A DNA stretch of 64,000 bases from an uncultured Actinomycetota bacterium (GCA_963767215.1 CAVYDE010000008.1:298767-362766), one strand, 5' to 3'; shown: positions 17,238 through 27,887, counted from the first letter of the stretch. Notes: generated by a model from the letters alone, not told the origin. Numbers and translations are program-made.

Positions 17238-18461
17238 ATGCTCATGTCCGTCATGACCGACGCCGCACCGATCAGGCCGTTCGCGATCCCGGTCACCACA
17301 GAGGCGGACCTCGAGGCAGTGCGCGCGCGCGTTGCGGCGACGCGCTGGCCTGACGCAGAGACCGTTTCCGATCACTCGCAAGGCGTGCAACTGGGGACGA
17401 TTCAGGAGCTCGCCCGCTACTGGGCTTCGGACTACGACTGGCGTCGGTGCGAGGCGAAGCTCAGCACCCTGCCGCACTTCATGACCGAGATCGACGGTCT
17501 GGATATTCATTTCATTCATGTTCGCTCAGAACATGACAATGCGCTCCCGGTCATTCTCACGCACGGGTGGCCCGGCTCCATCATCGAGCTGCTGAAGGTC
17601 ATCGACCCGCTCACCAACCCCACGGCACACGGCGGTACCGCCGCTGACGCATTTCACGTGGTGATTCCTTCGATGCCGGGTTACGGATACTCGGGCAAGC
17701 CGCGCGCGCCCGGCTGGGGTCCGGACCATCTGGCGACTGCCTGGATCGAGCTGATGAAGCGCACCGGATACACGCGTTTCGTGGCCCAGGGCGGCGACTG
17801 GGGCGCGGTCGTCACGGACCTGATGGCTGTGCAGGCACCGCCGGAACTGGCCGGCATGCACACCAACATGCCGGGGGTGATACCACCCGATATCGCGCAG
17901 GCGCTCCCGGTGCCAGGCCAGCTCGCCCCCGGCGGGCCGCCGCCGTCGGGCCTGTCAGCCGACGAAGAGCGCGCGTTCAAGCAGATCAGCACCTTTTATA
18001 CCAGTGGTGCCGGTTATGCAGTAGAAATGACGACGCAGCCGCAGACGATGTACGGAGTGGCGGACTCACCGGTCGGCCTGGCCGCCTGGATGATCAACCA
18101 CGACGCCTACAGCTACGGCGAAATCGCGGACGCCTTCGAAGGTCACCCCGCCGGCGAGCTCACCAGGGACGAGATCCTCGACAACATCACGCTCTACTGG
18201 CTGACCAACACCGGGGTCTCCTCGGGTCGCCTGTACTGGGACAACAAGTTCGGCTTCTTCGACGCCAAGAACGTGTCCATCCCGGCTGCCGTGAGTGTCT
18301 TTCCTGGCGAGCTCTATCAGGCCCCGCGAAGCTGGGCCGAGCGGGCCTACCCGAACCTCATCCACTACAACGAGCTCGACAAGGGCGGGCACTTTGCCGC
18401 CTGGGAGCAGCCGCAGCTCCTGTCGCAGGAGCTGCGCGCGGCGTTCCGGACACTGCGTTAG
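17238..18461 (+). CDS. epoxide hydrolase (microsomal EH N-terminal domain + alpha/beta hydrolase)
   Basis: IRPFAIPVTTEADLEAVRARVAATRWPD...HFMTEIDGLDIHFIHVRSEHDNALPVILTHGWPGS...QGGDWGA. Confidence 0.9.
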   Translation: MLMSVMTDAAPIRPFAIPVTTEADLEAVRARVAATRWPDAETVSDHSQGVQLGTIQELARYWASDYDWRRCEAKLSTLPHFMTEIDGLDIHFIHVRSEHDNALPVILTHGWPGSIIELLKVIDPLTNPTAHGGTAADAFHVVIPSMPGYGYSGKPRAPGWGPDHLATAWIELMKRTGYTRFVAQGGDWGAVVTDLMAVQAPPELAGMHTNMPGVIPPDIAQALPVPGQLAPGGPPPSGLSADEERAFKQISTFYTSGAGYAVEMTTQPQTMYGVADSPVGLAAWMINHDAYSYGEIADAFEGHPAGELTRDEILDNITLYWLTNTGVSSGRLYWDNKFGFFDAKNVSIPAAVSVFPGELYQAPRSWAERAYPNLIHYNELDKGGHFAAWEQPQLLSQELRAAFRTLR

Positions 18462-18467
18462 ATATTC

Positions 18468-19415
18468 GTGTCAGGCCGTCCGCAGCTGCCCCCGTTCGGC
18501 GGGGCAACGACGTGGCTCAACTCCGGGCCACTCGCCCCCGCCGACCTGCGCGGCCATGTCGTCCTGGTGGATTTCTGGACGCTGACCTGCATCAACTGGC
18601 TGCGTACAGAGCCGTATGTCCGCGGGTGGTCCCGTGCCTACCGAAACGACGGGCTCGTCGTGGTCGGAGTCCACACGCCGGAGTTCTCCTTCGAGCACGA
18701 GGTCGACCTGGTGCAGCGGGCGACTAGGGCGCGAGAGATCGACTACCCGGTCGCGGTGGACAACGACTATTCGATCTGGACCGCCTTCGGTAACCACTAC
18801 TGGCCCGCGCTCTACTTCGCCGACGCCGACGGCATCATCCGCGACAACCACTTCGGCGAAGGACGCTACGAGCACTCCGAGCGGGTCATCCAGCAGCTGC
18901 TCGGCGTCGAACGCGGCCTCGTGTCCGTGGCAGGCGACGGCGTGGAGGCAGCGGCCGACTGGGACCACCTGCGGACGCCCGAGACGTATCTCGGCTACGC
19001 GCAGAGCCAGAACTTCGCGTCTGCGCACGGCGCGGGGTTCGACGAACATCGCGTTTTCGAGCTCCCTGAGCAGCTGGGGCGGGGCCACTTCGGCCTCGCC
19101 GGCGAGTGGACGATCGGGCGCGAGAACGTCGTTCTCGAGCGCGCAGGCGGCAGCATCGCGTGCCGGTTCCACGCGCGCGACGCGCACCTCGTGCTGTCGG
19201 CCGGAAGGCATGGTCCGATAGCGTTCCGCGTGCTGATGGACGGCAGGGCTCCCGGCCGCTCGCACGGGGCTGACGTCGACGAGGACGGTGCCGGGATGCT
19301 CAGGGAGGGACGCTTGTACCAGCTCTTGCGGCAAGAAGGCGAAGTGGGCGAGCGGACGCTGGAGATCACCTTCCACCAGCCGGGAGCCGAGGCATACGTG
19401 TTCACGTTCGGCTAG
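18468..19415 (+). CDS. thioredoxin-fold redoxin (DipZ C-terminal-like) with CxxW instead of CxxC
   Basis: LRGHVVLVDFWTLTCINWLRTEPYV...VVGVHTPEFSFEHE...YPVAVDNDYSIWTAFGNHYWPALYF. Confidence 0.8.
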   Translation: MSGRPQLPPFGGATTWLNSGPLAPADLRGHVVLVDFWTLTCINWLRTEPYVRGWSRAYRNDGLVVVGVHTPEFSFEHEVDLVQRATRAREIDYPVAVDNDYSIWTAFGNHYWPALYFADADGIIRDNHFGEGRYEHSERVIQQLLGVERGLVSVAGDGVEAAADWDHLRTPETYLGYAQSQNFASAHGAGFDEHRVFELPEQLGRGHFGLAGEWTIGRENVVLERAGGSIACRFHARDAHLVLSAGRHGPIAFRVLMDGRAPGRSHGADVDEDGAGMLREGRLYQLLRQEGEVGERTLEITFHQPGAEAYVFTFG

Positions 19416-22400
19416 CCGCGACTATCCCTGCCTGGTCCAGCATCGCCTTGTACTGGCCGCCGGCCCCGTGCAGCTGCTGATGGCTGCCGCGCTCGACGAC
19501 CCGGCCCCGGTCGAGGACCACGATCTCGTCCAGCTGGTCAAGCCCGGCAAGGTCATGGGTGATGAGCAGCGTGGCCCGGCCCGCGGTCACGGCGAGCAGG
19601 TCGGCCATCAGCGCCGCGGCAGTCGCGCGGTCCAGGCTTGCTGTCGGCTCGTCCAGGATCAGCACCGCAGGATCGGCGAGCAGCGCCCTGGCCAGCGCCA
19701 GTCGCTGTCGTTCGCCGCCGGACATGGCCGCGCCGCGCGCGCCGACCGGCGTCTGGAGCCCGAGCGGCAGCGCCTCGATCCAGGGCAAGAGCCGGGCACG
19801 GGCGGCCGCCCCGACGAGCTCGTCGTCGCTCGCGCCGGGCCTGGCCAGCCGCAGGTTGGCCGCGATGGTGCTGTCGAAGATGTGCGGATCCTGCGGGCAG
19901 CCGCCGATCAGCGTGCGCACCTGGTCACTGTCGTAGCCGGCCAGATCCTGCCCGCACAGGGTCGCGGTTCCGGCGGCCAGATCACAGAACCGCAGCAGCA
20001 CCGCTGCCACCGTCGATTTGCCGGCTCCGTTCTGGCCGACCAGCGCGACCCGCCGGCCTGGCGGCAGGTCGAGGTCCAGCCCGTCAAGCGCGAGCGGGCC
20101 GGCTGGCAGGTAACGGACGCTGGCGCCGTGCAGCGACACGGTCACCGGTCCGGCAGGCAGCGGGCGAGGCGCGGCAGGCTCGGTGACCGGATCGGGGGCA
20201 TCGACGACGGCGCAGATGCGGCGCCCGGACGCGGCCGCCTGCCCGAGCTGCTGCGCTGCCGCGGGCAGCGTGGTGACGGCTTCGAACGCCGCCAGCGCGG
20301 TCAGCGTCAGCACCGCGAGCGGCACCCGGCTGAGGGTGCCCGCGCCCACGGCCGCTACGCCCAGCACCAGGACCCCCCACAAGGTGAGCCCGGCCGCCAG
20401 CGAGCCCAGTCCGGCGCCGAGCCCGCTGGCGACAGCGGAGCCTTTGGCGAGGCCGGTCAGCTCGGCGTCGGCGGCATTGACGCGGTCAAGGCCTGCCTGC
20501 TCGGCGCCGAAGGCCTGCACATCGGCCGACCCGGTCAGCAGGTTGGCCACCGTGGCGGCCAGCTCACCTCGTGCCGGACTTGTCCGCCGCCTGGCCCGGC
20601 GATCGGCCACGGCAATGACCGCCGGCGCCAGGGCACCGCCGGCCAGCAGGCCGAGCGCGAGCAAGCCGGCCGCCGGGGCCAGGATCAGCAGGCAGGCAGC
20701 GACCGCGGCAGCGCCGACCAGTGCGGCTGTCAGCGGCGGCGAGATGCCGCGGATGTACAGGTCCTGCACCGAGTCGACGTCGCTGATGAGCCTGGTGAGC
20801 AGATCGCCTGACCGGAATGCGGCCAGGCCGGCGGGGCCAGCCGAGCGAGCCGCCGGTAGATCGTCACCCGTACGTCAGCCAGCACCCGGAAGGCAACGTC
20901 GTGCGAGCCAAGCCGCTCGGCGTACCTGAACACGCCGCGACCGACGCTGAAGCCGCGAACCGCGACGACAGCGCCGGTGATAGCGACGATGCTCGGATGC
21001 TCAGACGCCCTGGCCAGCAGGAAGCCTGAGGTGGCCAGCAGCGCGACAGCACAGCCGGTAGCGGCCGCTCCGGCGGCGACGGCCAGCGCCAGCCGGCCGC
21101 GCATCGGCCTGGCCAACGTCAGCAGCCGGCGCAGCGCGCTGGCGCCCGGTGTCAGCTGACCGCCGCGGACTGTCACCGCGTCTCCGCTCGCGCGGGCCGG
21201 GCTCGCGGCGATGACCGGCGCGGCACTGACAGCGGACAGGTCGGCCCCGACCGGGCTGCGCGGGGCACCAGGCGCGGTGGCCAGGCGGAGGCGGCCGCCG
21301 TCCAGCTGCGCCACGCGATCTGGCCGCAGCGGCAGCCGGTCGGCGTGGCTGACCAAGAGCACGGTCCGCCCTGCCATCAGCGTGGCGATCACGGCAAGGA
21401 GGTCGCTGGCGGCGGCCGGGTCCAGATGTGCGGTCGGCTCGTCCAGCAGGACCAGCGGGGCAGCACGCAAGAACGCGCGGGCGAGCGCTATCCGCTGCCG
21501 CTGGCCGGCGGACAGGTTGAGTGCACGCTCGCCGAGCCGGCTGTCCAGTCCGCCGGGCAGCGCGGCGATGAAGTCGGCGGCGCCGGCCAGCCGGGCGGCG
21601 GCCGCGATGTCGGCGGTGGTCGCCTCCGGCTGGCCGAGCGCGATGTTCTCGGCGACCGTGCCGGCGAACAGGTAAGGATGCTGCGGCACCCAGGCGATCT
21701 GCCGCCGCCAGGGCTCGGTATCGATGGCCGCGAGGCTGCGGCCGCCCGCGGTGATGTCGCCAGCGGTCGGCTCGGCGAACCGCAGCAGCAGCCCGAGCAG
21801 TGAGCTCTTGCCCGCCCCGCTCGGCCCGGTCAGCAGCACGTGCTCGCCGGGGCTGATGGTCAGGCTGACCTCGCTGAGCGCGGGTTGCGCGCGGCCCGGA
21901 TAGGCCAGCGTGACCGCGTCCAGCGTGACCGCCTCGGTGCGCAGGTCCGGCACCGGGGACCAGGTGCCGGTGCCGGTGCCGGGCGGGCGCACGGGCAGCG
22001 GGGTGCCGAGGATCTCGAACACGCGCCCCGCCGCGGTCGCGCCCTCGACGCTGGCATGGAACTGAGCACCGACGTTGCGCAGCGGCAGGTAGGCCTCCGG
22101 GGTGAGCAGCAGCACGAGCAGCGCGGTGTCGTAGCCGAGGTGCCCGGCTAGCAGCCGCAAGCCCGACCTCAACGGCGACCAGCGCGGTGGCAAGCGCGGC
22201 GGCAAGCTCCAGCACCAGCGCCGACAAGAAGGCGACCCGCAGCGCCGCCATTGTCGCTGTCCTGTGCTCGTCGGTGGTGGCCCTGATCGCCTCGGCCTGC
22301 GCCCTGGCCCGGCCGAAGATCTTCAGTGTCGGCAGCCCCTCCACCACGTCAAGGAAGTGGCCGCCGAGCCTTCCCAGCAGCCGCCACTGCCGCTCCGTGT

Positions 22401-22950
22401 GGCTCCTGGTGTACAGGCCGACGAGCACGGCGAACAACGGGATCAGCGGCAGCGTGGCCGCGATCACCAGGCCGGAGATCCAGTCGGCGGCCGTGACCCT
22501 GGCCAGCACCGCCAGCGGCACGAGGCAGCCGAGCACGACCTGCGGCAGGTACCTGGCGAAGTAGGGGTCCAGGGCGTCCAGGCCCTTGGTGGCGAGCGTG
22601 GTGATCTCGCCCGCCTGCTGACCGGAGAGCCACCACGGCCCGAGCCGCAGTGCGTGCTCGGTCAGCCGCCTGCGCAGCTGCGACTTGACCGACGCGGCCG
22701 CCCGGAGCGCGGCCGCCTCCGCGCCGAACGACACGGCCGCGCGGCCCGCCAGAACAGCGAGCAGCGCGATCACGGTGCCGCGCAGTGCGGCAAGCCCGGT
22801 GCCGAGCGCGGCGCCGGACAGCGCGCGGGCGAGCAGCGTCGCCTGAGCGAGCACCAGCCCGGTTGTCACCAGTCCCAGGCTGACAGTGATGATCAGGTAG
22901 CCCCGAGCGGCGCTGGCGGTGCGCACCAGCCGCGGGTCGAATGGCCGCAT
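19402..22950 (-). pseudogene. cydDC: fused thiol-reductant ABC exporter CydD-CydC, interrupted by two frame changes
   Basis: MRPFDPRLVRTA... through ...ALVAVEVGL is in the frame of ORF 21001..23397. RLLAGHLGYDT... with Walker A GPSGAGKSS, LSAGQRQR and the CydC N-terminus is in the frame of ORF 20730..22205, with no stop between the halves. AGLAAFRSGDLLTRLISDVDSVQDLYIRG... with GQNGAGKST and MSGGERQR is in the frame of ORF 19402..20769. Confidence 0.85.
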
Positions 22951-22967
22951 CCGCGCGCGGCGATCGG

Positions 22968-24176
22968 TCACTCGCGCCCGCCGCGCTTGCTGCCGCCGGT
23001 CCCTGGCAGGTGCCAGCGCTTGCGGCCGGCCCGGTGCTGCGCGCCGGCGGTCTGCGTCCTGCCGCCTGCCGGTCCGGAATCCGCGCGTCCGGTCGCGGGC
23101 GGCACGACGCTGCTGGTCGACGAGTGCGCCGCCATCGCGACAGTCGCGGACACCGCGGGCCGCGGCGTGGTCCCGAGTATCGGCTGGAAGGACTCGTCGC
23201 TGATCCGCCGGCGGAACACGTAGTAGCTCCAGGCCTGGTACACCAGCACGATCGGCAGCAAGACGAGCGCCACCACCGTCATCACCTTGAGCGAGTACGG
23301 AGTGGAGGCGCTGTTTCCCGCGGTCAGGCTGAAGGCCGGGTTCGTGCTCGACACCATCACCCGCGGATACAGGCGGACAAAGATCGTGATGATGCACACC
23401 GCGATGGTGACGGTCGTGGCGGTGAAGGCCCAGCCTTCGTGATGCCCGCTGACCAGCATCCAGGCGGCGATGACCGAGACGATGGCGAGCAGCTCGACCG
23501 GGTTCAGGAACGCGCCGCCGCCGGCGGTCACGTGAGTCCAGGCAATGAAGGCAACCGTGAGCAGCACGGTCACCGGCGCGATCCGCCGGCCGAACTTGCC
23601 CGCCCGGAACCGCACGTCCCCGGTGGTCTTCAGGGTGATAAAGGTCGCGCCGTGCAGCAGGCAGATGGCTACCAGCGTGACGCCGGTCAAGATGCCGTAC
23701 GGCTGCAGCAGATTCCAGAAGTTGCCGGTGTACTCGTGGTTCGCGCCGATCGGCAGGCCGTGCAGCAGGTCACCGAGGGCGATGCCGATCAGCAGGGGCG
23801 CCAGCAGGCTGGCCACCGCAAGCAGCCGGCTCCAGTTGCTCCGCCAGCGGTCGGCCGGGCTCTTGCCGCGGTACTCGAACGACACCCCGCGCACGATGAG
23901 CGCGCACAAGAGCACGACGATGAGCAGGTAGAAGCCGGAGAACATGGTCGCGTACCAGCCGGGGAACGCCGCGAACATCGCAGCCGCGGCGACGATCAGC
24001 CACACCTCGTTCCCGTCCCAGAGCGGCCCGATGGTGTTGATGACGGCGCGCTTGCCCGCTTCGTTCTTGCCGATCAGGCCGTTCAGCATGCCGACGCCCA
24101 TGTCGAAGCCCTCGAGCACGAAGAACCCGGTCCACAAGACCGTGATCAGGATGAACCAGAACGGGACGAATGCCAT
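22968..24176 (-). CDS. cydB: cytochrome bd ubiquinol/menaquinol oxidase subunit II
   Basis: MAFVPFWFILITVLWTGFFVLEGFDMGVGML is a typical CydB start. Lies 9 nt after cydA. Has an unusually long C-terminal tail. Confidence 0.9.
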   Translation of the reverse strand: MAFVPFWFILITVLWTGFFVLEGFDMGVGMLNGLIGKNEAGKRAVINTIGPLWDGNEVWLIVAAAAMFAAFPGWYATMFSGFYLLIVVLLCALIVRGVSFEYRGKSPADRWRSNWSRLLAVASLLAPLLIGIALGDLLHGLPIGANHEYTGNFWNLLQPYGILTGVTLVAICLLHGATFITLKTTGDVRFRAGKFGRRIAPVTVLLTVAFIAWTHVTAGGGAFLNPVELLAIVSVIAAWMLVSGHHEGWAFTATTVTIAVCIITIFVRLYPRVMVSSTNPAFSLTAGNSASTPYSLKVMTVVALVLLPIVLVYQAWSYYVFRRRISDESFQPILGTTPRPAVSATVAMAAHSSTSSVVPPATGRADSGPAGGRTQTAGAQHRAGRKRWHLPGTGGSKRGGRE

Positions 24177-24184
24177 GACCGACC

Positions 24185-25573
24185 TCAGTAGTTCATCGCG
24201 GGGATAGGCTCGCCGGCCGCGTGTTCGGCCGGCGCCGGCGGTAGCTCCTTGCGCGAGTAGCGCAGCATGAGCATCAGGTCAACGGTGCCGAGGATGCCGT
24301 AGAGCAGCACGAACACGGTCAGGCTGATGATCATCTCGACGGTGCTCACCGAAGGGGACAGGCCGTTGCGGGTCAGCATGATGCCCTGCACGATCCAGGG
24401 CTGGCGGCCGCTCTCGGTGAGCAGCCAGCCGGCCGTGTTCATCAGGAACGGGAGTACCACCATCCACTGGGCGACCCACAGGAACCGGCGGGATACCGCG
24501 AGCTTGTGCCGCCGGTTCAGCCACAGTCCCCACAAGGCGACCAGGACGATGATGATGGCGAGGTAGGCCATCACGCGCATCGACCAGTACTGGATGAACA
24601 CGTTCGGCACGTAGTTGCCAGGTCCGAACTTAGCGGCGTACTGGCTCTGCAGCGGGGCCAGGCCGATGACCTTGCCGTTCCAGTGGTTGGTGGCCAGCAG
24701 CGACAGCAGGTGCGGGATCTCCAGGATCTGGGTCGGAGTGTGGTCGTTGTTGCCGCCGCCGATCTGGATCAGCGAGAACGAGCACGGCTGGCAGGTGGTC
24801 CACTGCGCTTCGGCCGCGGCGATCTTCATCGGCTGGTACGTGGCTTCGACCACGCCGAGTTCGTCGCCGACCAGCATCGCGAACAGGATGGCCGGCACGA
24901 GGACGATCAGCGCAAGCCGCGCGGACCGGCCGAACACCGCGTTCTCGCCGCCGCGCCGCAACTGCCACGCCGACACCGCCAGCATCACCGCGGAGCCGGT
25001 CACCAGCGCGGCCAGAATTACCTTGGCATAGCTCCAGACGAACACCGGGTTGGTGAACAGCGCCCAGATGTCGTTCAGTTCTGGCGCGTGCGTCACCGGG
25101 TTGGTGACGAACCCGACGGGGTGCTGCATCCAGGAGTTCGCGGCCATGATGAACGCGGCCGAGAGCATCGCGCCGAGCGCGACCAGCCAGATCGTGGCCA
25201 GGTGCACCCGGCGCGAGAGCTTGTCCCAGCCAAAGAGCCACAATCCGAGGAACGTGGATTCCAGGAAGAATGCCGCCAGTCCCTCCATCGCCAGCGGCGC
25301 GCCGAAGATATTGCCGACCAGGCGGGAGTACGACGACCAGTTCATGCCGAACTCGAACTCCTGGACTAGCCCGGTCACCACGCCGATGGCCACGTTGATC
25401 ACCAGCAGCGTGCCGAAGAACCGGGTCAGCCGCAGGTACTCAGGGCTGTGCCGCCGGTACCAGGCGGTCTGCAGCAGCGCGGTGAGGACCGCGAGCCCGA
25501 TGGTGACCGGGATGAACAGGAAGTGGTTGACCGTGGTGAAGCCGAACTGCCACCTGGCGAGGTCTTCCCGCAT
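24185..25573 (-). CDS. cydA: cytochrome bd oxidase subunit I
   Basis: MREDLARWQFGFTTVNHFLFIPVTIGL... and the Q-loop region. Start placed at internal ATG 25573 of ORF 24185..25675. Confidence 0.9.
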   Translation of the reverse strand: MREDLARWQFGFTTVNHFLFIPVTIGLAVLTALLQTAWYRRHSPEYLRLTRFFGTLLVINVAIGVVTGLVQEFEFGMNWSSYSRLVGNIFGAPLAMEGLAAFFLESTFLGLWLFGWDKLSRRVHLATIWLVALGAMLSAAFIMAANSWMQHPVGFVTNPVTHAPELNDIWALFTNPVFVWSYAKVILAALVTGSAVMLAVSAWQLRRGGENAVFGRSARLALIVLVPAILFAMLVGDELGVVEATYQPMKIAAAEAQWTTCQPCSFSLIQIGGGNNDHTPTQILEIPHLLSLLATNHWNGKVIGLAPLQSQYAAKFGPGNYVPNVFIQYWSMRVMAYLAIIIVLVALWGLWLNRRHKLAVSRRFLWVAQWMVVLPFLMNTAGWLLTESGRQPWIVQGIMLTRNGLSPSVSTVEMIISLTVFVLLYGILGTVDLMLMLRYSRKELPPAPAEHAAGEPIPAMNY

Positions 25574-25695
25574 CCCGTTGCCTCCCGGACCGCACGCCGC
25601 CTGAGGGCTGCCCGGGTCGGTCCAGGACGCAGCGCGTGACCGAGATCTGCCCGCGCGAGTACCTGTCAGCATCACCCGTTGCGGGTGATTGAGGC

Positions 25696-27075
25696 TCAGG
25701 TCAGCTGGCTGAGCGCCTCCTGAACCGCACCGTGGAAGGTCGGGTAGGCGTAAATCATCTCGTTCACCCGCTGCAGCGGCACGGCCGCGTGCACCGCGAG
25801 GGTAAGCATGCTCAGCACCTCACCGCCCGCCGGCCCGGCGGACGTGGCGCCGATCAGAACGCCGCGGCCGGTGTCGGCCACGAGCTTGATGAAGCCCCTG
25901 TTGCCCGCCTTGTGGATCCAGCCGCGCGCCGAGCCAGGGATCTGGCTGCTGACGGTCCTGACCCGGTCGCTGCCGACCTGCTGCCTGGCCTGCGCCTCGG
26001 TTAGCCCGACCGCGCCGATCTCCGGATCGGTGAAGGTAACGCGAGGAACGGCGTGGTATTCGGCCGGGTGATGCGGCCGGCCAAGCAACTGGGCAAGCAC
26101 GATCTCTGCCTGGTACATCGACATGTGAGTAAATGCGCCCTTGCCGACGACGTCGCCGATCGCCCAGACACCAGGCGCCGCGATCATCTGGTCATCGACG
26201 GGAATGGTCCTCGCGCTCTCGTCCAGCCCGACGGAGCCGATGCCCAGCGCAGCAAGGTCGCTCGCGCGGCCGACGGCGACGAGCAACCGGTCGGCTCGCA
26301 ACAGGGCGCCGTCGCCGAGGGTGATCTCGAACTGACCGCGCTCGTGGTTGACCGCCTCGGCGCTGGTGCCGGTCCTGACGTCGATGCCGTCGGCCTCGAA
26401 GACCTCCGCGAGCAGGTCGCCCGATTCTGGTTCCTCCTGTGACAGCAGCCTGTCCATCCGCTCGACCACCGTGACCAGGCTGCCGAACCTCGCGAATACC
26501 TGGGAAAGCTCGACGCCGATGGCGCCGCCGCCGAGCACGCACAAGGACTGCGGCACGTCGACGCTTTCGATAATCTCGCGATTGGTCCAGAACGGCGTGC
26601 CGGCCAGGCCTTCGACCGGCGGGATGGCCGGGGCGGTGCCGCAGTTGACGACGATGCCGCGGCTTGCGTGCAGCAGGTCGTCGCCGACCCTGACCTGGCC
26701 TGGCCCGGTGATGACGCCATGGCCACGAAACAGCGTCCCGCCAGCGTCGGTGAACCGGTCCGCCGCCACCGTGTCGTCCCAGTCGTCGGTGGCTTCCGCT
26801 CTGATCCGCTTGGCCACCGGGTCCCAGTTGGGGGAGACTACCGACGAGCCGGCCATGCCGGGAATCCGGCGGCCCTCGGCGAGCAGATCCGCCGCCCTGA
26901 TCATCATCTTGGAGGGCACGCAGCCCCAGTAGGGGCACTCGCCGCCGACCAGCCTGGCCTCGATCGCGGCGACCCGGACGCCCGCCTTAGCCAGTTCCTC
27001 GGCAACGTGCTCGCCGCCTGGACCCATGCCGATGACCACCACGTCAAACTCGTGCTCGCCCACGCTCATGCTCAC
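25696..27075 (-). CDS. pyridine nucleotide-disulfide oxidoreductase, dihydrolipoyl dehydrogenase family
   Basis: FDVVVIGMGPGGEHVAEELA FAD motif, redox-active GGECPYWGCVPSK, second Rossmann VLGGGAIGVE, C-terminal dimerisation domain. Confidence 0.85.
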   Translation of the reverse strand: MSMSVGEHEFDVVVIGMGPGGEHVAEELAKAGVRVAAIEARLVGGECPYWGCVPSKMMIRAADLLAEGRRIPGMAGSSVVSPNWDPVAKRIRAEATDDWDDTVAADRFTDAGGTLFRGHGVITGPGQVRVGDDLLHASRGIVVNCGTAPAIPPVEGLAGTPFWTNREIIESVDVPQSLCVLGGGAIGVELSQVFARFGSLVTVVERMDRLLSQEEPESGDLLAEVFEADGIDVRTGTSAEAVNHERGQFEITLGDGALLRADRLLVAVGRASDLAALGIGSVGLDESARTIPVDDQMIAAPGVWAIGDVVGKGAFTHMSMYQAEIVLAQLLGRPHHPAEYHAVPRVTFTDPEIGAVGLTEAQARQQVGSDRVRTVSSQIPGSARGWIHKAGNRGFIKLVADTGRGVLIGATSAGPAGGEVLSMLTLAVHAAVPLQRVNEMIYAYPTFHGAVQEALSQLT

Positions 27076-27228
27076 TTTCCGCTCGCCTCGTCAGCCGCGC
27101 ACCGATGGACAAGCCGTGCTGGCGCGCGACAGCACAGTGCCATGTTCCTTGGAATCGGCACTTGAAGCGCGGACAGCGACATCGAGGCGCGGCGTCAGAC
27201 TGGCGCTGCGCCCCGGAGGCTGGCTTGT

Positions 27229-27555
27229 TCAGCCAGATCCGGCTGGCTCCGGCCAGCTGCGCCGGTCCGGCTTCGCCAGCGGCCAGCCGCCCGCCGCGAG
27301 CCTCGACTTGACCCTGGCGATGTCGGAGTCGCTGGCCGTTGCATGGGTGACCGTCTTGATCGCCTCGCGGATCGCGTCGGCCGAATCGGGGTCGACACTG
27401 CTGGCCAGTTCCTCGGCGATCGTGCTGACGTCCGCATCGCTCAGCTGGCTGCCGAGCAAGGAGAACAGCGGGAGGTAGTCGACCCGTGGTACCCCCTCCG
27501 GGTACCCGGCCCGCAGCCAGCCGATGATCGAGCTGAGGAATGCGGACATCTCCAT
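27229..27555 (-). CDS. DUF3349 protein (M. tuberculosis Rv0543c-like), copy B
   Basis: MEMSAFLSSIIGWLRAGYPEGVPRVDYLPLFSLLG. RBS GGAAGGAG. Paralog of 28210..28506. Confidence 0.75.
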   Translation of the reverse strand: MEMSAFLSSIIGWLRAGYPEGVPRVDYLPLFSLLGSQLSDADVSTIAEELASSVDPDSADAIREAIKTVTHATASDSDIARVKSRLAAGGWPLAKPDRRSWPEPAGSG

Positions 27556-27583
27556 GCTGAGCTCCTTCCGGTACCGGCCGCGA

Positions 27584-27868
27584 TCACTTGGCGTGCGGGT
27601 GGCCCGCCTGGTAGATGGCGACGAGGCCCCATCCGATCGGGGCCAGCACGACCAGGAAACACAACCCGCCGGCAATCATGCCAGCAATGCTGCCGCCGAC
27701 CAGGGTGTCGGAAGTCTCGCCATCGGTCCCGGCGGTCGCTGCGCGCGCGCCGCCGGCCCGGCTGAGCGCCAGCATGCCGATCGCGAACAAGGCGGGCAGC
27801 CCCGCGCCGGCGATGAGGCCGACCACGACGATCTGCCAGAGTGCAGTCAGGTTAATCCAGGAGTTCAC
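27584..27868 (-). CDS. small two-TM membrane protein (Rv0544c-like), copy B
   Basis: VNSWINLTALWQIVVVGLIAGAGLPALFAIG... Paralog of 28552..28809 (MNSWINFRAIWEIVVIGLLAGAGLPAIFAIG). GTG start 27868. Confidence 0.6.
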   Translation of the reverse strand: MNSWINLTALWQIVVVGLIAGAGLPALFAIGMLALSRAGGARAATAGTDGETSDTLVGGSIAGMIAGGLCFLVVLAPIGWGLVAIYQAGHPHAK

Positions 27869-27887
27869 GGCTGTGCCGTCCTCTCGG

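Noticed and set aside
21001-23397. 798-aa ORF taken at face value as one protein
   Set aside because: Only residues from MRPFDPRLV to ALVAVEVGL are CydD. The N-terminal 149 codons overlap cydB out of frame, and the C-terminal part is an out-of-frame reading of cydD.
25696-27075. Flavoprotein disulfide reductase as mercuric reductase (mer operon)
   Set aside because: No NmerA metal-binding domain, no C-terminal Cys pair seen, and no merR/merT/merP/merB genes nearby.
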